NCBI GenBank assembly: GCA_043228905.1 | Contig: JBHGNT010000004.1 | Coordinates: forward strand, 1,178,001 to 1,242,000 | DNA from: Azolla caroliniana | Taxonomy: Eukaryota > Plantae > Polypodiophyta | Length of the DNA stretch: 64,000 bases | Reading direction: 5' to 3' | The notes under the pieces: generated by a model | What the model was told of the DNA's origin: nothing | Databases searched by the model: none | The model's input: the letters and a program-made list of their open reading frames with translations, nothing else | Part shown: positions 25,101 to 38,185 of the stretch, piece after piece | Position numbering within the stretch: the stretch's first letter is position 1 | Layout of the letters: the number at the start of each line of letters is the position of its first letter | Made by a program: the position numbers and the translations under genes

Positions 25101-27804
25101 CTGCGTCTGCGTCGACTATCGGAAGCTTAACGTGGCAACAGTCACCGACGGTTTCCCTCTTCCATTCACGGACAGCGTCCTCGACACGGTAGCCGGCCAC
25201 GAATGCTATAGTTTCCTCGACGGGTTCAGCGGCTATAACCAGATAAGAATGCACCCGGAGGATCAGGAGAAAACCACTTTCGTCACGGAATGGGGTGTTT
25301 TTGTAGCAGAAGTAATGATGTTCGGTCTAAAAATGGCGCCAGCTACGTTCCAGCGCATCATCACCGAAATCTTTCAAGACTACATCCCAGCGTTCATGCA
25401 AGTCTTTCTCGACGATTTCACCGTGTATGGCCATCGATGGGAACACATGACCCAGTTACGACTCTGCATTGACCGATGTCGCCAAGCTCGATTGAGCTTA
25501 AACCCGGCGAAATGCGCGTTCTTAGTCACTAGCGGCAACCTTCTCGGCCACATTGTCAGTCAAGAAGGCATCGCTATGGACCCGGATAAAGTAAAGGCAA
25601 TCCTGACTGCCACCGCACCCTCGAACGCTAAGGCACAACCGATTTTTGGGACAGATCCGGTGGTACAGCCGAATGATACGACACCTGGCCGATTTCGCGA
25701 CACCTTTACATGCAGCAGTCCATCGCCTTCCCTTCCAATGGACATCAATCGAGGTCACGGCCTATCAGACCCTGAAACTAATGCTGTCACATGCCCCGGT
25801 GGTCTAGTCTCCGGTTTGGTCCGAACCATTTCATGTCTTCGTAGATGCTTCGGACATCGCCATCGGAAGTGCCCTGATGCAATGCACACCCCCGAATTGG
25901 TATAGGCCCGTGTACTACGCTAGCCGACGGCTCTCGACCACGGAAAAGAATTACTCCACCACTGAGCGGGAGGCGCTCGGTATGATTTATAGCATTAATA
26001 AATTCCGGCATTACCTCTTGGGCCGGAAATTTACCTTTCACGTGGATCACTCGGCCCTTCTTTATTTGGTCAATAAACAAGCCCTCACCGGACGATTGGC
26101 TCGGTGGATGCTCCTACTCCAAGAGTTTGATTTCCAGATTCAGCATCGACCCGGGGTACAACATGCCGTCGCCGACTACTTGAGTCGTCTTGAGTCAGGG
26201 GAACCGGCGAAAACAACGTACGACGAGCTACCGGACGCCAGCCTATTTAACCTGACCACGATACCAGACGATAACGAAGATGAATGGATCACGGAGATGA
26301 CCCATTTTCTCACTACCGGTTTACCTCCCGAGCACATGTCCCTTGACACGAGAAAACGCCTAGCAGTGCGTAGCCGGAATTTTTGCCTCGTCTCGGACAT
26401 TCTCTACCACAAAGGCTCAGACGGCATATGGCGCCGAGCGATTTGGCAATTCGAGAAGAACGCCGTTCTTCAGGAGGCCCACCAGGGAGTAGCTGGGGGG
26501 CACTACGTCGGGGATTCCACAGCAAGGAAAGTTTGGCAAAGTGGATTGTGGTGGCGGACAACGAAGAGAGACGCTCACGAGTTTTGTCGGCAGTGCGATT
26601 TGTGCCAACGACTGGGACAACCAATGGAACAGTCACGCATGCCACACCAGCCGATTCTTCCGTTGGACCCATTTCAAAAATGGGGTTTGGATTTTGTAGG
26701 CCCTTTCAAACCACCCGCGGCCCGTACAGGGAATAGGTATATTATCGTTGCCACGGATTACTGCACCAAATGGGTCGAGGCTAAGGCACTCCGAGACAAC
26801 ACGGCGGCATCCACGGCTAAATTCATGTACGAGCACCTCTGGTGCCGTTACGGATGCCCAATCGAGCTCGTTAGTGACCAAGGTGGGCACTTCATCAATC
26901 ATATAATACGTGAGCTTACACACCACTACGCGGTGGTGCACAAGAAAAGCACACCATACTACCTACAGGCAAACGGCTTGGTGGAATCGACCAATAAAAT
27001 CCTCCAAACCATACTAAAGAAGATCGTCAATGAAAACAGGACCGATTGGGATGACAAACTCCAGAGCGCGTTGTGGGCGTATCGTACGACTTTCAAAACA
27101 AGCATCCAATCAACCCCCTTTCGAATGGCATTTGGGTTAGAAGCCGTAATGCCTGTCGAGTTCCAAGTCCTGAGCCTCCGAGTTCAAATCAAAGCACGGC
27201 TCCCCGAGGCCCAATCCAAGCAATACCGGTTGGAACAACTCCTCGAACTCGGTGAAGATAGGATAGAGAGTATGGCCCAGCTCGAACAACGCCAACGACA
27301 ACACAAGGCTTTCGTGGACCGACATCGAAACGGGCTGGAAAAGGAGCTCACCATCGGCAAACCGGTTCTTCTTTTTCAAACACGACTCGGGTCTATGCCA
27401 AGAAAATTAAGATTTCGGTGGACCGGTCCATTCTGGATTATCGACGAGTTCAAAGGGACATTCCAGCTCGGCACACTCGCCGGCGACACTGTCAAAAGCT
27501 GGGCCAATGGTTTCCGACTTCGACCATATCGAGGCACTACACCACCCAACCCGTTTCGGGAAACCACCACGGAGGAGGCCACATGTCCCCCTGAATAAGG
27601 ACTCACCCACCTTCTTGAAATTAATAAAGTAGGTAGGATTAACCATAGTTTAGCCACCGATTAGCTACACCTACACCACCCACCTAGGCACCCACAAATT
27701 TAGGAGCACCCCTCGCCACCACTCATTTAGTACCTATTTAAGCACATGCAAAGCACTAGAAGCACCCCACTCACCTTCAGGACACGTGGTGCTAGTCACT
27801 TATT

Positions 27805-30800
27805 ATGGCACCCACGACTCAGAATCTTCAGGATTCGCTTCAGGCACAAAACCCTAGGAGTAAGTTACTAAAACCATTTCCAAAACGCAGCACAGACACT
27901 GAAGTTCATTATCGCTCCCAATCTCCATCGCTCTCAAGCTCAGAAACCCCGCCTCGCTCTCATCGCTCTAAACACTCTTGCTCTCAAGCCCTCTTTCGCT
28001 CTCATAGCCCCTCTGCTGAACTTCCCCTTCCTGTTATTCCTCCTCTGTCTCGCCCTCGCTTCATCACTCTTCTTCACTCTTCCACACAGTCAAACCCCGT
28101 CTCCATCTCCACCATGCCTCTTACCGCTTCAACAGAAACCCAGGCCTGGCTCCAGGAACGAGGAATGGGCGGTTACCTGAAGATCATCGATGTCCCCGCG
28201 CACCCAGATGCCCAAGGTGTGGCTAAACATATTTGTCCCGAAGCCATCACCAACAACGTGCTTCGGGCTGTTTTGGACCTACAACAGGGAGGGGACCATG
28301 AGGTCGACATAACCCCGGCATCGAAGATGAAAGAGTACTTCAGTGAGTACTCAGCCTCAAGGAAGGCATATCGCACGTATGGCGGTCCCAACAGAGCTTT
28401 CGGGGAGATTGCTCGTATATTGATGGAGTATGCATTCGTGCATACGAACCCGACGAGCATGCCGCAAAACAAGGCAGCCATCATCATCAGCGCGTATGAA
28501 GGAAACAAAGTCGATTGGGGAATCATCACAGGCGAAGGACTCCGCGCCGCCTTAGCCTCATTCCAGTCCGGTAAGAAGATGTTGTCTGTTCTTACCCACT
28601 TTTTGGTGGTTCTATACCCACCCTCTTCTCTTCCTTCCCCTCGCACACTCACGTCCCCACCACCACCACGAAGGCAGAGAGAGAAATTCGTTGCCATCAG
28701 CCATGAAGCATGGGAGGAGCCCACATCACCTTCACCTCCTGCCGCGGACCAAAACCCCGCATTTGCCGCACCACCCACCCAACCCCAACAAAAAAGGGCA
28801 GTTTCCGAGACCTGCCAAGAATGGGAGGAGGAGATAGCCGCGGAGGACAACACGGCAGATGATGTCACCATTCGACAGCCAACGTCGCGCCCCTCGGTAA
28901 CTTCCCCAGGGCCTAGCCCATGCCCCAACACACAGCAGGCAGCACCACCACGACCCCAAAAAAGGAAGCAGGCAGAGGAAACGACACTACCGGCCCCAGA
29001 ACCCCAAACCCAGCCAAGCAAGAGAAGACGACTCAACCGCAAGTCCTCGGCAGAACAGAAAGAGCCACAACAGGAGCAAGCCTTAGTTGTCAGACAGAGC
29101 AACCTGGCCATCATCCCTGAGGAGGCATCGCTGAACCAGGGAAAGATCGAGCATGGGCAAACAACGCAGATCTTGGAGGATGAAGTCCTCGGGTATAAAG
29201 ACCTCCCCGCGGAGGCTTACGAATTTAGTGTGCTCCTATGCCTCAGTACGACATTCGAGCTCGTCGACTTCCTCGCCAGAGCCCAAGTCGCGGCAGCCGC
29301 TCGAATGGCGGAAGAGCACGCCGAAACAAAAATTATTCAACGCGCGCTATTAGGTGAAATTGAGCCCCAGGACGACAGGGCTTTACAAAAAATAGGGAGA
29401 AAGAAGCAAGCAAAACAGGCCGCTCTCCTCATGGAGGTCCCCGAGTTGAACACGGCCCTTATCGAGGCATATAGGGACCTAGATTGCACTACGCGGGCAG
29501 CCAAAGACATGGCCCGAAAGATAAAAATAGACCAAAAACAGGCTAAGATGGCTACGGAATTATGGCACGTTGTGAAACAGAAGCTGGCAGCCTGGGAGCA
29601 AAACTGGCCGGAACAACAACTCTTGAGCCTTCCGGCCACGACCACCGAGGCCCTCCTAGCCCCTCCACGCATAACAATGATGGATGAAAGCACCATCACA
29701 GATTCAATCCTAACGATTCAAGCCAGCACACAAACGGACTCGTTACAAATGGTCGATGCCTGCACAACAACCGAGGCGGCCACACCCATGGAGAAGACCG
29801 AGATACCACCCCCTCGTCCACCCAAGGAGGTGGCAACCCAGACAGAACCCCCGCTCCGGGATTACCAAGCGGAGCTGAAAGAAGAACAACGGCGAACCGA
29901 GAGACACGAACAACAGCATCAGGAGGCGATGGCTCGCCTAAAAGAAGAAGCTTCCAAGCAGATGGCCGAGATTAGAGCCCAGGCTGACCAAAGGCTACAC
30001 GAGCAGAACGAAGCACTGGGTTGGGTACAAGCGCAAGCCGCGGGCAAAGAAGCCGAACTCAAAAGCAAGCTAGAGGAATACGCAGCCACAGTGGCAAAGA
30101 AAGAGAAGGAGGTCCTAGACCTATAGGCTGCGCTCGACAATGCGAAAGACTGGAACCACCGGCAGGAGGAAAGAAATCGCCAACGGGAGGAGAGAATGAT
30201 TGCGGAGAATGTTGAGCTGCAGAGTCAGCGTACGACCCTTAAAGAAATGGCAGACGAGTTTTTCATCAAATGCAAGCTACTTTCGGAGCAAAAAGACGAA
30301 TTATCTGATTCCTACTTCGCCCTACAAGAAGAGAGAATCGTCGAACGGGAACAAGTCCGGGCCGCGTGTCAAAAAGAATGGGAGAAAGCTACCAAAGAAC
30401 TCACCAAGCATTACAAGCAGTCTATCCAGCTCGTAACCGCAGATGCAAAGAACACTCAAGCCACCTATGAACTACTAGCAAAGAAGCTTCAGGCCGAGGT
30501 CGACGGCTTAAAACAGGAATTAGCAGTCGTCCGAGCACAGCCCGGCATGGATGAGACACGCATCAGAATACTGATCGAGAAACAACGCCAGCACCTCACC
30601 AAAAAGGTCGAGGAAACATTAAGTCGCGCAAGAGACGAATGGGCAGCCCAAGCTGCCGAATTGCATATTTTACGCGCCGACGCCGAGAACCGACGAAAGG
30701 AGGGCCGCGGCTTTTACAAAATGGACGAAGCCAGCATACAAAACCTGCGTGCAGATTTAACCGAGGATTACCAGTCCTTGGCAAAATCTCACACCGCGGC

Positions 30801-31170
30801 AATCGAGCAAATACTGGAGGACTTCAATGACGGTCAGATGTTGTTTCGCCTGGAAGCAGAAGCCTTCGAACGAGAACGACTCGCAGCCATCCCAACGAGT
30901 CCTCCAACGGCCACAAAGCAGAAGGAAGAACCTTCCAGTGAGGGGATCACGAACACAGCACAGGAGGAACTTGCCCCGGCCAACAGACCTCCCATGGACG
31001 CCCACACGATACCAGATCTAGTCGAAGTAGAGGTCAACGCCCTCGAACCCACACCCCCACCAAAAGAATTGACTGCACCTGAGGCGGACACCCGAGAAGA
31101 TATGACACCCCCGGACCAAACTCAACCCCCCGCACTGACAGTCCAACCAGACCACCTTGCCACCACCTAG
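27805..31170 (+). pseudogene. Extra ORF of Gypsy element 2: globular N-terminal domain, Pro/basic linker and long coiled coil; one in-frame premature stop at 30124-30126
   Basis: ORFs 27805-30126 and 30196-31170 are in the same frame and separated by a single TAG (likely from CAG). The ORF lies between pol and the 3' LTR. The likely true start is ATG 28114. Confidence 0.8.
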
Positions 31171-31466
31171 CTTAGTCCCTCGTAACTAGATAATCTTGTA
31201 AGGTCACCGGCCGTAGGCCGTGTTCTGTAATCCTTTTTCTGTCACAGTAATATATCTTATTTGTGCCCATTTTGCTCCATGTGTCTATGCTTTGATTCAT
31301 ACCTATGATTTCAACGCCGCCCACGCCTATCAAGATCTTGCTAGTGTTTTATCTCTGATCATTGTCTCTCTCACGACGTCTCTGTTACGAGCCTTCACGC
31401 ACCACGCCCTTGAATACCGATAGCCGCAGATCTATCGAAGGTGTTCACCCAAAGGAACGGGTAACA
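31167..31466 (+). repeat. 3' LTR of Gypsy element 2, truncated at its 5' end
   Basis: 300-bp match to 21865-22164 (~13 mismatches by eye). It is fused to the extra ORF at CTAG, with no PPT. Confidence 0.88.
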
Positions 31467-32929
31467 GCTACCCTTCTCCCCCACGAATCCAATACTAATC
31501 CCCACCTCCTTTTTTTATCTCACCTCACTCTTTTATTGGCACGTGCACAACCAAGTTACCTGAGTAGTGAAACTATGGCAACTTACTTTTGCCCCAACTT
31601 TACATATTTTCATCCCTTGTACAATATCGGGAGTTGTCGGCGAAAACAACCACCTAAGTGCTTGATAGTTCCACTTAGGCCCTATTGACGATTTGACCAT
31701 CATGGGAGAACCACCACAATTCAATATAAACTTGGACCTTGCCATTTCTGCTTCATACGATTCCTCCCCAATCTATTTGTAACATCCTCACAAGTAAGTT
31801 ACCAGCTGAAACAAGATATTTAGCATCATCTCACTGCATATTAGCTTGTATTGCTGAAAAACAAACTTGCAACGCCTGTTCCAAATGTGCCAAACCGATA
31901 AGCATGCCACAGGAAGCACATTGAAACGCGATGCTACCCTACACTATAAATCCATGTCCCTTTGGATTTAACTGTTTCGCCCAACCTTAACAAATCAAAC
32001 CCTTTTATGGGTCCTCAATAGTAAATAAGGAATAAATGAAAGATAAAGCTTAATAAATCACATTTCATGTGTCTATTTTCTCGTACTCTAACAAGGCATG
32101 CACAACTTCATAAGAGTTGAGCCACCATAATTTATTTTTTATTTTTTATTTTCCAAAAAAAACACTACTTCAAATTATACTGCAAACAAAGTACATCAAA
32201 GACCATCAAATTTCAGCAAAACTCACTCTGGCCTTCTCACCAAAGTGATCATAGTCCCCACCCCCTCATTTACAACAAAAGTATCCCATCAACTCTATTA
32301 ACATGGTAATTTAGTTGGTGAATATTCTTCCACTTCAAGTTTTACCCAATATAAAGCATGGTAGAACACTCAGTATGCCGAAAGACAAAGCCATGGCGAA
32401 TATGTATATCTATACTTAACTTTTCCCAATGTGACTCACTTGTGTTGGTGCTAAAGGGAATTAACCCTTAGAAGCACTAAGAACCATCCAATATAAAGCA
32501 TGGTAGAATACTCGGGCTTGGAGGTAAAGGCACATGGAAAATATGTATACGGTTATACCTATACTCACCTTTTACTGAGACAATTCACTTGTAGGCCTCA
32601 AAGTAAATTTGAGATAGCCCCAGCCTCTACTAATCAATCATCACTCTATTCCAAGGCAATTATTGCACTCTTAGGTAGAGGGTTAGCTATTTGCTTATTA
32701 TTAAAGTGAGATTATAAGCTAAGGAGCCTCTAATGGAATGAAGATTTGTGCTTACTTTGCCTTATATGATAGAGAGAGAGGGTGATGTAAAGGACAAAAA
32801 CTAATGTTATGGAGGATCAGATGTATATGCAATGATGTGCGTGTGTGTGTGTGTGTGTGCATGAGAGAGAGGGAGATTAACATCTTCTAAGCCCAAATTT
32901 CGCCCAAGAGACAATGGATTATAATAATG

Positions 32930-34788
32930 GGATGTGACCCAATTATCAAAAATAAAACGAGAAAGAGAAGACCAAATGGATGTAGCCCGATTGGTAAGGT
33001 TGTCTAGCGAAGACCAAAAGGCCATGGAAAGCAAGCAAACAGAAAATGAACAGGTCGCGTGTGGCACGAACAATGTGACCACATCGAGAGGTGCTTCCAA
33101 CACGACTAAGCCCCATACATCATCTACGGTTGCACCGTATACGCAAGCAGGGGAGGCTGGTGCACCCCCAACTTTCGCCTCATCTGTGTGATGAGTCAGT
33201 CGACCTTGTATTGTCCGAGGAGGATAAAGCTACAGTCTTGGGTAAGGTACAACGGTTAGAGGCTTTCTCCTTGGTAGTGCAGGTACAGGGTTCGCCAATT
33301 AATAGATCGGAACTCCGTCATACTTTATGTCACAGTGTGTCCATGACACTTTGTACGCTACTTTCTCGGAGGAAGCGGATAGCCTCCTCGACATTCAATT
33401 CATGTCTTGGGGATGTCCATGTGGAATTTGCAGGTGACGAATCCGTCACTAGGCTATTAGCAATTAAGGAGGCAGGCGTGGAAGGTGTGTGGGTATCTTT
33501 TCATAAATGGTCGCATAATGTTAAGGTAGATGAGATATTGTAGGATCAAGAGTCTAGTATGGTTTTTACGACGATATTCCCTGGTTTGAGGAAGGAGTGG
33601 AGGAATGTTCTTCCTTGCATTGGGGCTTTGTTAGGTAAAGTCATTGCCACACGTGATGGACAGGTTTATGGGACAAATAGAGTGGGTGTGGTCCCAGTTG
33701 TTCGGTTGTTCGCACCAAGATCTGTTTGTTTACCGACAACTATTTCTTTACCTAATTTACTTATAAATAAACCACCAGTTGTGCAAAAGGTATATTATCA
33801 AGGTTTGCCTTATCAATGTTTTGTGTGTCGACAATTTCGTCATTTAGGTCGAGATTGTCAAAAGCGACGTTTGAACATTGAAGCCCATCCACCTAATAGA
33901 TCAGATGTTAATAATGATGGTTGGTCTACAATTTTTGCTAAACATGTTTTTAAACCGACTAGTACGATGGTTAATCCAATGTTATTACTTGAAGCTAACA
34001 CGTACCACTCTTTGCAAGAAGTGGAAAAGGATGCAGGGATTAGTAAAGTGGATGGCGGTTTTTCCCTCCCAGTTTTCACAAAGGAACACCAGGTGGAACA
34101 TAATTCGCAAGCCATACTTTTGAAGGTACAAATTGTAGAATTTGTTTCTAAGGTTAATAATCAATGGAATAAGGATAAACAACTTTTTTTAGATCAAGTA
34201 CAACAAGCTAATAGGTCCCTAGTTTTGAATGAGTTTAAAAAAAATGAAGTGGGCAAGGTAGACCTTACACATGTTGACATGGATTGTGGGAATATAGTTG
34301 CTTTTACTACGACTACTAGGTCTTCCGATAGGGTTTCTATAGTAGATAAACATATGCTAGTGCGGGCACATAAGTTCACTAGGAAAGACATTTGGTCAAA
34401 TAAGAGACAATTACAGGCCTCAACGGATGGAAGGAAGGGTAGAGATGTTGCACTTGGTGAAAGGAGAGTAGGAGGGCAAAACATTAATGATGGATAGGTT
34501 AAATATTATTTCATGGAATGTACGGGGCTTAGGAGGTAGACATTGTTGTAAAGTAAGGAGTGTTTTCCGTCGTCGGCTAAGGAAGTCTTTGATAGGTAGG
34601 ATTGATGTTCTTTTTATTCAAGAGCATCATTTAAATCCAGAAATATGGAAACTTGTTGTCAAGCCAGTGGAGACAGTTCTGGGAGTCTGCAATTGGTGAT
34701 AATAGTTTGAAATCGAGACTTTGCATTGCAATAAATGATATTTGGTGTTCTTCGTTCTTACATTACGGAGTCTTGACTTGTGGTAGAG
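32930..34788 (+). mobile_element. L1-type LINE, 5' part: ORF1 (DUF4283-like plus CCHC knuckle) and the start of the ORF2 endonuclease; interrupted by a Copia LTR
   Basis: ORF1 pieces include VYYQGLPYQCFVCRQFRHLGRDC. ORF2 overlaps the ORF1 stop (34487-34497) and shows APE motifs IISWNVRGLG and DVLFIQEHHL. Stops and frameshifts are present. Confidence 0.85.
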
Positions 34789-37700
34789 TGTTGAATATGG
34801 GCTTCTAATGGACGTATTCACACTGTCTCCTTTGTACACGCTAGGGTTAGGCTATTTATGTAAATAGTGAAAAGGGCAATTGCCCTAAGTCAGTCAGTAT
34901 ATAAACTGACTTTGTAACCTAGTTATAGAGTTGTTGAACTATTCTCTCTCTCTCTCTCTAACGCACTAGCTGCATTCCTATCTCTCTGTCTATGTTGCCA
35001 TCAATCCATTGTGATCTTGTATCTACTTATGATCTTCCACTAGAGGAGCGTTGATCTTGTTCCGCATCAAATGACGACGCTCCCAACATATGCTATCAAA
35101 GCATGGTTTTGTTTGAGTTTGTCGCCACCATCTATCTAACCTCCATCGGCAACTCTTCTTCTATACACCTTGAAGATCTTGATTGGCAACTCCTCTTGAA
35201 ATCACATTTGACGAAGAGAGACAACTGAAGTTCTGCACTCCACTATTCGAAATCACTCTTGAAGTCACACCCTTAGCTCACTCGATTAGGCGGAAATCAA
35301 ATAGGTCATCTGACGTTATCCCCTCACTCGTCGTAACCACTCGAAGCAAACACGACTCCAGGAGCAACCCCAATTTGTGTTTCATTCGGCTGAACGACTT
35401 TCGGGAGGACCAATTAGCTCCGTCCCTCTCATAAGTGCAAGTACCCGAAACAGGATCGGCCAAGAGAATCACACATAATCAGTGTTGGGAAATCTCAGAA
35501 TATCGATATTCGAAACCGACACGACCTGTGTTCGGAAAATCCGGTTTCAATTCGACTAAGTCAGTTGACTGTAGTCACTCCGAACAGGATTCATCTATAT
35601 TCGAAACCGACACGACTTGTGCCCAACTCCAACTAGAACGACATCGAGTGAGCTCGGCTGCTATACTCCACCATAGTCCGTAGCTGACTCCAGACAAAGT
35701 CTATTAAACCAACACATATGGCATCAACATCCGGCTCATCAGAGATGAGTCTAAGGAAATTCGACAGATCGAACTTCAACTTCTAGAAGGAGCACATGCA
35801 GGACTATTTTAGTCAAGGGGCAAATAGACCCCATTGAGAATGAAGACCCTCGAGAAGGATACATGCCTTTTTTTAATGGGAAAAGCTCGATAGAATTGTT
35901 CAAGCCACCATTCGAATGCACCTATCAGAGTCCATGTACTGCATAGTGCAATCATGTTTGACTGTCTTCCAATTGTGGAAGAAGGTCGCCGCCACCAAGA
36001 TATACCTGATTCAGCGCCTTTATAACCTTCAAATGAAAGAGCCTGACTCGGTCCAGACACACCTGAACGAGTACGAAAGCTTAAGCTCCCAAATTGCGGC
36101 CCAGGGGACGACTATCGACGATGAACTAAAAACAATGTTGCTTATGAGTAGTCTCCCTCCTTCTTCGGAAACTTTCGTTACAACCGTGTGCAATGCGTCA
36201 ACAATTGCCGTCAAGTACTCCTCAGTCACAAGTGCAATTCTGACTGAAGCGGCTCGAAGAAAATCATTTGCAAACGATTAGGCCAACAATGTCTACATAG
36301 TACAAGGTTCGACCGATAGATCGAACAACCGTGGAAGAGGATCTTCACAGCACCCGAACAATCAACAATGTCGGAGCAAGTCCCAGGACAATTGAGTCTG
36401 CAACTACTACAAGAAACCCGGACACGTCAAAGCCGATTGTCTTGCACTCAAGGCCAAAAACGATAAAGCTCAACGAGCTGATTAGAAGAGTAGCCGACAC
36501 GAGGAGATCAACTACGTCGGCTCTACAACTGAAGTATTATCAAACGACCTGAAGGTACTATCAATTGAGAACCCAGTCGAATCAGAAGTTCTGCTTACGA
36601 CTGAAGAATCGAGCACATGGCTCTTAGATTCGGGTGCGTCCTTTCGTGTGACTCCTCATCGATCCCAATTCCGGCAATACACGGCCCGACATTCCGACTC
36701 AGTTCGAGTAGGAAATTCGCAACATTGCGACATAATTGGAATCGGCACGGTAGAGCTCAACCTTGCAGGTGGTTCTACATTAGTACTACGCAATGTTCGA
36801 CATGTATCTGAGCTCTCCAAACCACTGATCTCAGTCGGACAATTGGATGAAGACGGCATTCATGTTGGCTTCTTATCAGGAGGGTGGACTCTCCACATGG
36901 GGAACCTCCTGCTTGCTCGAGGACTGAAAATAGACTCATTGTATCCTTTGCTCATCACCCTCAGAGAGGGTGACTTGTTTTTGGTTGACATCCTCGTGTC
37001 ATCATTATGGCATGGACGACTCGGACACCTCAGCAAGGCGGGCATCACGCACTTATCTAGAGCTGAATACATCCCCAAACTCTCCTTCTCGGATCATCAA
37101 TTCTACGAGCATTGCCAATATGGCAAATAGACAGCTGCAACACACCCATCATCCGCCCCGAGAGAATCGAGTCCGCTCGATTTGGTCCACTCGAACATTT
37201 GTGCTCCTATGCCACATCAGTCTCTTGGCGGTGCTTCATACTTCAATGTCAACTTCATTGACGATTCAACTCGGAAGGTGTGGAATTATCCGATCAAAAC
37301 CAAAGATCGAGTGTTCTCAATCTTCTCTGATTGGCTCGCTATGGCTGAGAATCAGTCCAGCCGAAAATTGAAATGCTTTTGGACCGATAACGGGGGAGAG
37401 TTCAAATTAGAGGAATTCATCAGATTTTGTCGACAATGCGGCATAAGACAAGAATTTACGGCACCCCACAGTCCAGAGCAGAATGGAATTGCCGAGCGAA
37501 TGAATCGAACAATTCAAGAAAGGCTAATTTCCATCCTCCAACACTCCGGACTATCGAATGGCTTCTGGGCAGAGGCCCTACTTACGGTAGTACACATAAG
37601 AAATATGTTGCCGAGTAGGCCTCTAGGACTTCGGTTCCCTCGGGAATTATGGACCGGCAGTAAGCCGAATCATGACAAGCTGAGGATTTTCGGATGCGAG

Positions 37701-38185
37701 GCGTATGCCCTTATCCCAAAAGATGATCGCCGCAAACTTGCACCAAGGTCTAGGAAGTGTATTTTCCTCGGTTATGGACCAGATGGCAAAATTGGATACT
37801 GACTCTGGGACACCGAGCACAGACAGATCGTCCGATGTTCGGACGTCGTGTTCAACAAGTCTACCATGCATCAATTAGTCGAAAAACCGATTGAAGTCCG
37901 AAGGGTAATTTTCTTTGATGTGCCAAACCTTCACGAAGGCCCAACTCACAACACACGGTTAGCTTCACAGGTAGTTGAACCCTCTAACACCAGCTCGGTA
38001 GTGTCAGACACGACACAACCAAATGACTCGGCTCTAGACCATCTGACCACGACACCTTATGCAACCAATACAGTCATACATCGATGATCCGAGAGACTAT
38101 CGCAACCCCCGGAGAGATACTCTCCTGGTATCTTCTTTACGGACGCCGGAGAACCAACGTCATACGAAGAAGCATCGCCATCAGC
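34789..38185 (+). mobile_element. Ty1/Copia LTR retrotransposon, 3'-truncated (5' LTR, gag, PR, INT; no RT, RH or 3' LTR)
   Basis: LTR TGTTG...CAACA at 34789-35088; degenerate iMet PBS TGCTATCAAAGC at 35091-35102; gag from 35718; protease WLLDSGAS; LWHGRLGH; integrase TDNGGEF/EQNGIAERMNRT/KCIFLGY. It ends at GEPTSYEEA. Confidence 0.9.

Larger units (their letters stand above)
21790..31466 (+). mobile_element. Ty3/Gypsy LTR retrotransposon 2 (Athila/Tat-like, no additional RNase H seen) with a large extra 3' ORF; decayed
   Basis: TGT...ACA ends flanked by GCTA/GCTA, tRNA-Arg-type PBS, gag with CCHC knuckles, protease IIDGGSGVN, RT (WLSPIVVVPK, LDGFSGYNQI, FLDDF), RNase H (YYASRRL, HVDHSAL), integrase (WGLDFVGP, SDQGGHF, WTGPF). 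pol ends at 27598. Confidence 0.93.

Noticed and set aside
28173-29114. 313-aa antisense ORF (also 15880-16668 and 17734-18549)
   Set aside because: These are shadows of GC-rich sense coding frames with no domain motifs.
20935-31167. Idea that the truncated 3' LTRs come from spliced genomic RNA
   Set aside because: Loss of the PPT would block normal plus-strand priming, and a U3 loss in the RNA would appear in both LTRs.
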